From Octopus sinensis (lineage: Eukaryota): a DNA stretch of 42,977 nucleotides. This document shows positions 37,101-42,977 of this stretch, piece by piece. The stretch is taken from contig NW_021835072.1 in assembly GCF_006345805.1 (NCBI RefSeq), forward strand, positions 1-42,977, given 5' to 3'. Position 1 is the stretch's first letter; each line of letters opens with the position of its first letter. Position numbers and translations under genes: made by a program. The notes below the pieces were generated by a model, which made no database searches, was not told the origin of the DNA, and saw only the letters and a program-made list of their open reading frames with translations.

Positions 37101-37976
37101 GTAGTCGACTCAGCAGGTGTCGCCACTGATCGTCTCTGTTCGAAGGTTCTATTTACCTATTTTCGGTGGAATACATCCACTTGTTTTCAATAATAGAAAT
37201 ATCAAAATTTTGATATTTCTATTATATATATAACAAAAACAAACAAAAAGGAACGCAGTGTAAATAACGGACAGAGTCAAGACTATTGAAAAGGTTGCAA
37301 GACACGACAAAAATTTTAGCAAAATAAAAATAAGAAATAAGTGGAAATTTTACCGGTGAGTGTGTTACATTATAAGGCACAAAAAGAAAATGACTCTCCG
37401 CAGACACAACTGAATATGCTTCAACACACGAACTCATATAAAGAATCTTGAAACCAAATCCAAAACCGATATATATATATATATATAATGCATTAAGTAA
37501 TCATCGTATTTCAATTTCCTTCGCTGTTTCGTTATTAGCAGATGAGCGACTATTTTTTGATGCAGACACAACGCAGACTACGCCTTCAAGTATTTTGGAT
37601 AAAATTCTCAAAAATAACCCAATAAGTTTCCCATTAACTCCGTGAAATATTTATGGGTCCCGCTAGTCTATTAATCCCTTTCGGTCCCTTCCCTAAACGT
37701 AAATTTTATTAGAGATTTTAAAAAATCAGAAAACTGTCTGTTCAAAAGGTTTCCCAGTGCTATGCTCATCAGACACCGCAAAGAATGTTTAAGGGATCAA
37801 GTTTTCCCAAAGCTTACCCCCTCCGCCCTGGGTATCTTTGCTATCTACAGATGCTAATATTTCGAATGTGCCTCGATTTGTAACTACATTGTTTCCTGTT
37901 CGGTCTCACTGCTTGGCACCTTCTTCGTTAAGTTTCTCCTGTTTTTCTATTATAGTCGCGTGTCGACCGGTTACCT

Positions 37977-38075
37977 GTGAGTGAATTTGGTGGACGGAAA
38001 CTGTACGGAAACCCGTCGTGTGTATATATGTATTATATATATAAGCATATCTATCTATCTATCTTATATTATCTA

Positions 38076-38108
<33 letters not shown>

Positions 38109-38205
38109 GTTCTGTCTGTCTGTCTGTCTGTCTGTCGTCGTCTGTCGTGTCTGTCTGTCCGTCCGTCCATCCATCCACCTACTATCTATCTATCTATCTA
38201 TCATC

Positions 38206-38236
<31 letters not shown>

Positions 38237-38537
38237 TATATATATAGATATATTATATAATATATATATATGTATGTATGTGTGTGTGTGTGCATGTGTG
38301 TTTGTGTGCGTGTGTCTGTGTGTGTGTGTGTTTGTCCCCCTAACATCACTTGACAACCGATGCTGGTGTGTTGTGTGTTTACGTCCCCGTAACTTAGCAG
38401 TTCGGCAAAACAGACCGATAGGATAATTCCTAGACTTACAAAGAAAAAAGTCCTGGGGGTCGATTTGCTCGACTAAAGGCGGTGCTCCAGCATGGCCGCA
38501 GTCCAATGACTGAAACAAATAGAAGAATAAAAGAACA
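37977..38537 (+). mobile_element. Headless SINE A with ~310-bp internal microsatellite
   Basis: GTGAGTGAATTTGGTGGACGGAAACTG...microsatellite...GACAACCGATGCTGG...GACTGAAAC. Confidence 0.85.
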
Positions 38538-38561
38538 AAAAGAACCTGGCAACCAAAACAT

Positions 38562-38725
38562 GGCACCGAACTAGCAGAACTGTTAGCACGCCGGACGAAA
38601 TGCTTTGCTGTATTTCGTCCGTCCTTACGATTTGATTTCAAATACTGCCGAGGCCAGTTTTTACTTCCTTCCATCGGGGACGATAAAATACGTATCAGTT
38701 GTACAATGGAGTCGACTTAATTACT
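38562..38725 (+). mobile_element. Diverged SINE B-related copy
   Basis: GCAGAACTGTTAGCACGCCGGACGAAATG...GCCGAGG...GGGGACGATAAAA. Confidence 0.7.
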
Positions 38726-38894
38726 CCTGAGTATGAGTTTAAAATTGCACCCCTCTGCAAAGAGTAAGCTCATCAAACCAGTATAAACTGAAGCTCAAAT
38801 TCATGGCCAATATATCGATCGTGGATGGTTGAGAGAACGTGCTGAAGCCTTCGTCCTGCAATGAACTGAACATGGGCAATCCGGTGTATGGGAG

Positions 38895-39766
38895 CTGGTA
38901 TGTGCTTGTGCGAATGTGCGTGTGCCTGCGTATGTATGTGTATATGTGAAAGTACATGTGTTTATGTGTGTGCGTGTGCATATATATGTACGAGTATGTG
39001 TATATCTATGTGTGCGTATATCTATATGCATGTGTGTACGTGGGCGTGTGTGTATGTGTGTACGTACGTACGCACGTATGTATGTATGCATGTATGTATG
39101 AATACGTGTATATGTATGTATGTGTGTATGCATGTATGTATGACTACGTGTGTGTGTGTATGTATGTATGTATGCATGTATGTATGAATACGTGTGTATG
39201 TATGTATGTGTGTATGTATGTATGCATGTATGTATGAATACGTGTGTATGCATGTATGTGTGTATGTATGTATGCATGTATGTATGAATACGTGTGTATG
39301 TATGTATGTATGTATTTATGTATGTATGTATGTATGTATGTATGTATGTATGTATGTATGAATACGTGTGTATGTATGTATTTATGTATGTATGTATGTA
39401 TGTATGTATGTATGTATGTATGAATACGTGTGTATGCATGTATGTGTGTATGTATGTATGTGTGTATATATGTATGAATACGTGTGTATGCATGTATGTG
39501 TGTATGTATGTATGTATGCATGAATGTATGAATACGTGTTTATGTATGTATTATATGTGTGTGTATGTATGTGTATACATGCATGTACGTGGATTTGTTT
39601 CCCAATTTAGCAGAAAGTGCACTTAAACTCGCTCCCTCCAAATTAGCTAATTACCAACTCAGGGGGTCTTTAGCAATAACTATTGCTCTTACTCAAGGTT
39701 TATTGACTTATAAGACACAGGATCCCTTTCTCTCAGCAGGGAGTATAATTATCTATCTATCCATCC

Positions 39767-39832
<66 letters not shown>

Positions 39833-39951
39833 TTGTCTGACTGTCTGTCTATTTATCTATCAGTCTGTCTGTCTATCTGTGTGTCTGTCTACCTGTCTTT
39901 CTGACTGTCTGTCTACCTGTCTGTCTATCTATCTGTCTCTCTGTCTTTCTA

Positions 39952-40014
<63 letters not shown>

Positions 40015-40021
40015 ATATCTA

Positions 40022-40075
<54 letters not shown>

Positions 40076-40250
40076 ATCTGTGTGTGTAACTGCCTGTGTA
40101 TCTATGTGTGTATCTGTTTGTTTCTGTCTGTCAGTCTGTCTGCCTACCCGTCCATCTTTCCGTTCGTCCGCTCGTCCACCCATCTATCTATCTGTCTGTC
40201 TGTCTGTCAGTCTGTCTGTTTGTTTGTCTGTCTGTGTGTCTGTCTATTTA
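38895..40250. repeat. (TATG)n block (38895-39590) and (TCTA)n/(TCTG)n block (39750-40250)
   Basis: Directly visible. Confidence 0.93.
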
Positions 40251-40439
40251 CAGTAACCTCTTGGTCAAGTACGCATCTCAGATAAATACGCACAAAATTT
40301 TCAAGTGGCCCAGATCCAAGTTTATCAACGATTTATTCCACAGGCAACATTAATGAACATCTAAATAAGTAATAAACGGCCCAAGGTACGTGATAACTTG
40401 TGAACTTTATTGTTTAAACATGTCATGCAAAGTCATATA

Positions 40440-40662
40440 CTCTTTTACTCTTTTACTTGTTTCAGTCATTTTACTGCGGCCATGCTGGAGCACCGCCTTT
40501 AGTCGATCAAATCGACCCCGGGACTTATTCTTTGTAAGCCCAGTACTTATTCTATCGGTCTCTTTTGCCGAACCGCTAAGTGACAGGGACGTAAACACAC
40601 CAGCATCGGTTGTCAAGCAATGCTAGGGGGACAAACACAGACACACAAACACACACACACAC

Positions 40663-40696
<34 letters not shown>

Positions 40697-40832
40697 CGAC
40701 AGGCTTCTTTCAGTTTCCGTCTACCAAATCCACTCACAAGGCATTGGTCAGCCCGGGGCTATAGCAGTGGGACTGAACCCGGAACCATGTGGTTGGTTAG
40801 CAAGCTACTTACCACACAGCTACTCCTGCGCC
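40440..40832 (-). mobile_element. SINE family A nested in the Tigger element
   Basis: Full tail to head with TATA on both sides; the reconstructed empty site GTCATATATGAC is palindromic. Confidence 0.92.
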
Positions 40833-40959
40833 TATATGACTCAGAATTTTCTTTTTGCGCTGCGCTTCCAATGTCACTCGTCTTAGCTTCCTCTGAAAGC
40901 AATCGAAGTACCTTTTTCAGGTCATTGTAACCATCATCTGCTGCAGCTTGTACAACTGA

Positions 40960-41369
40960 TAAACAAATATTTGCACCTTTCTTTTAGTGCTGCAATGACC
41001 CCCATATTACATGGTTAATTCCAGCTGGTGCAATTACGTGGGGGGAAATACAACCATGATGTTATCCCGTTCAAAAGCTTCAAAATGGCCCGAAGCATTG
41101 TCCATCGATAAGAGAACACGGCGTCCCGTTCTCATCTTCACTTCGTTGAACCATTTATGACACGTTTTGATATCCATCCACGCTTTGCTCCGATTAAAGT
41201 ACTTCAGAGGCCATTCCCGATGTTCATACAGACCGGCTCTTTGTATTTTCCGATTAATGCGCAAACAATGAGTGATATCCGTTCTTTAACTTCCTTCTTT
41301 CCTCAGGTGGCGCTGGCATCTTCGTATTGCATAAGTAGGGTATATTTGAGCAGCTACTGTTCAACTGAC
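40960..41369 (-). pseudogene. Second, deleted copy of the DDE_1 segment
   Basis: SKAWMD...RRVLLSMDNASGH...PPRNCTSWN*PCNMGVIAALKRRCKYL; aligns to about 41870-42355. Confidence 0.88.
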
Positions 41370-42700
41370 CTTCAGTATTGAGCACCGTGTTGTCCAGTTT
41401 GTCGAAGCCGTTGAAACTTTGAAACTGACATTATCGATTGACCCAATAGTGTCGCTCTGGTCACCATCGTCATCGGCGTCCTCAGTTATTTCTTCAGTTC
41501 GCGACCCTGTCATCAACACCTCAATGTCCTCCAAAATCGCCTGTACACACTCCTCATGGTTTTCATCACTGACATGCATTTGTTTCTCTATTTCGTCCTT
41601 GTTCATTGCAATATTGAATGAGTCGAAGCTAAGCAAAATTTCGGACATCCATTCGTTTTCCTTAATAATTCATCCTTTTTGAATGCGTCCTTGATTGATG
41701 CAGCTGGTACTGCATTCCATGCACGCTTCACACGGTGAGCAGCATCGAGTGAATGTGCAGGATTACCATAAGCTACAACCGTCGCCCCTCTGCGTAGCTT
41801 TTTGCTTGCTCTTTCTGGTGGATTCTTGAGGCCTCATCGAGCTCGAAAACTTAAGAACGTCCTTGATATACAAATATTTGCACCTATCTTTTAGTGCTGC
41901 AATGATATCCATATTACATGGTTAATTCCAGCCGGTGCAATTACGTGGGGAAAATACAACCATGATGTTATCCCGTTCAAAAGCTTCAGAATGGCCCGAA
42001 GCATTGTCCATGAACAAGAGAACACGGCGTCCCGTTCTCATCTTCACTTCGCTGAACCATTTATAACACGTTTTGATATCCATCCACGCTTTGCTCCGAT
42101 TAAAGTACTTCAGAGGTCATTCCCTATTTTCATACAGGCCGGCTCTTTGTATTTTCCGATTAAAGCGCAAAGAACTTAGTGCGTTCCTGTGACATTCGCA
42201 CAAACAATGAGTGACATCCGTTCTTTAACGTTCTTCTTTCCTCAGATGGCGCTGACATCTTCGTATTGCATAAGTAGGGTATATTTGAGCAGCTACCGAA
42301 AAAATAACTCTATTTCATCCATGTTATAAACATTTTCAGTATCATACTGTTCAACTACACCATGTAAATCGTTCAATGCAACCAATAACTCTGGATCTTT
42401 GTTCACTTCTACTCCTTTGCCATGGAGCAAAACTTTCTGTAACCCGTGACGTATTCTGAATCTGGTTAACCACTACCCCAATGCTTTAAAGTCATCTTCC
42501 AATATCTATAATTCCACAGCCATCTGGTTTGCTTTTACAATGGCCAATGACGGTGAGACAGGCATGTTTACATGACGAAGGCAATCAATCCACAGGTGCA
42601 GCATGTCTTCAAGCTCCGAAAACCTACCCATTGATGCTCGAAATGTTTGCATTTTGGTCTCCTGAGACATGAAAGTACAACGTTTTTGGATCGCTTCCCG
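41370..42700 (-). pseudogene. Tigger/pogo transposase pseudogene (HTH CENP-B plus DDE_1)
   Basis: ELEDMLHLWIDCLRHVNMPVSPSLAIVKA; VYNMDEIELF; an RVLL/MDNASGH-type motif; acidic C-terminus; many stops and frameshifts. Confidence 0.9.
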
Positions 42701-42977
42701 GTTCTCCCAAATCTTCCGGATGACTTCACTCACTTCTGTGATGAAGTTACTCGGATGATACAATCTCTGGGATTCTTTCAAACGCTTCCCCTTTCCTTTG
42801 CTTGACATCATGGAGAAAACTGACAGGAAAGATGACAAATATGATCTAAAACGGTGGCATATGTGAGCTTTGCTGTGATTGGCTGCACTCATGCATTCGC
42901 GCAGCTGATTTGCTACCGCTGTTGCTATGTGCGCACCTATCGGCTGAGTACGCACAAGCGGTTAGATTCAAGCTGCG

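Larger units (their letters stand above)
40251..42977 (-). mobile_element. Decayed Tigger/pogo DNA transposon, running off the window
   Basis: TA|CAGTAACCTCTTGGTCAAGTACGC Tigger-like terminus at 40251; CENP-B-type HTH and DDE_1 remnants inside. Confidence 0.8.

Noticed and set aside
37725-37775. Minus-strand CTGATGAGCATAGC...GGAAAC as a sixth hammerhead
   Set aside because: No convincing stem III, NUH triplet or stem I could be built.
38740-38900. Candidate exon ending CTG|GTATGT
   Set aside because: All three plus-strand frames contain stops, and the donor is created by the adjoining TATG repeat.

Overview
Eukaryotic, AT-rich, repeat-saturated intergenic or intronic DNA. The very high load of (TACA)n/(TA)n/(CA)n/(ACC)n microsatellites and the tRNA-derived SINE families suggest a coleoid cephalopod (octopus-like) genome; this is pattern recognition, not a database hit. 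I found no host protein-coding gene I can support: most long ORFs are stop-free readings of simple repeats. Supported content: about 25 SINE copies or fragments in several families (my labels A-D); CR1-group LINE 3' fragments; RLE-type (R4/Dong-like) retrotransposon fragments sitting in (TACA)n and (TAA)n arrays; a probable RTE 5' UTR; a TIR-bounded pogo-like element with a SINE-split PHD finger; a decayed, partly duplicated Tigger/pogo transposase; a small hAT element with an 8-bp TSD; a 312-bp foldback; a higher-order telomere-like array; and a two-variant 30-bp minisatellite. The most notable signal is five different minimal type I hammerhead-ribozyme-like motifs (Penelope/retrozyme style), three of them tied to inverted repeats. 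Stretches near 1.5-2.4 kb and 29.7-29.95 kb look like noisy long-read consensus, so base-level calls there are less reliable.
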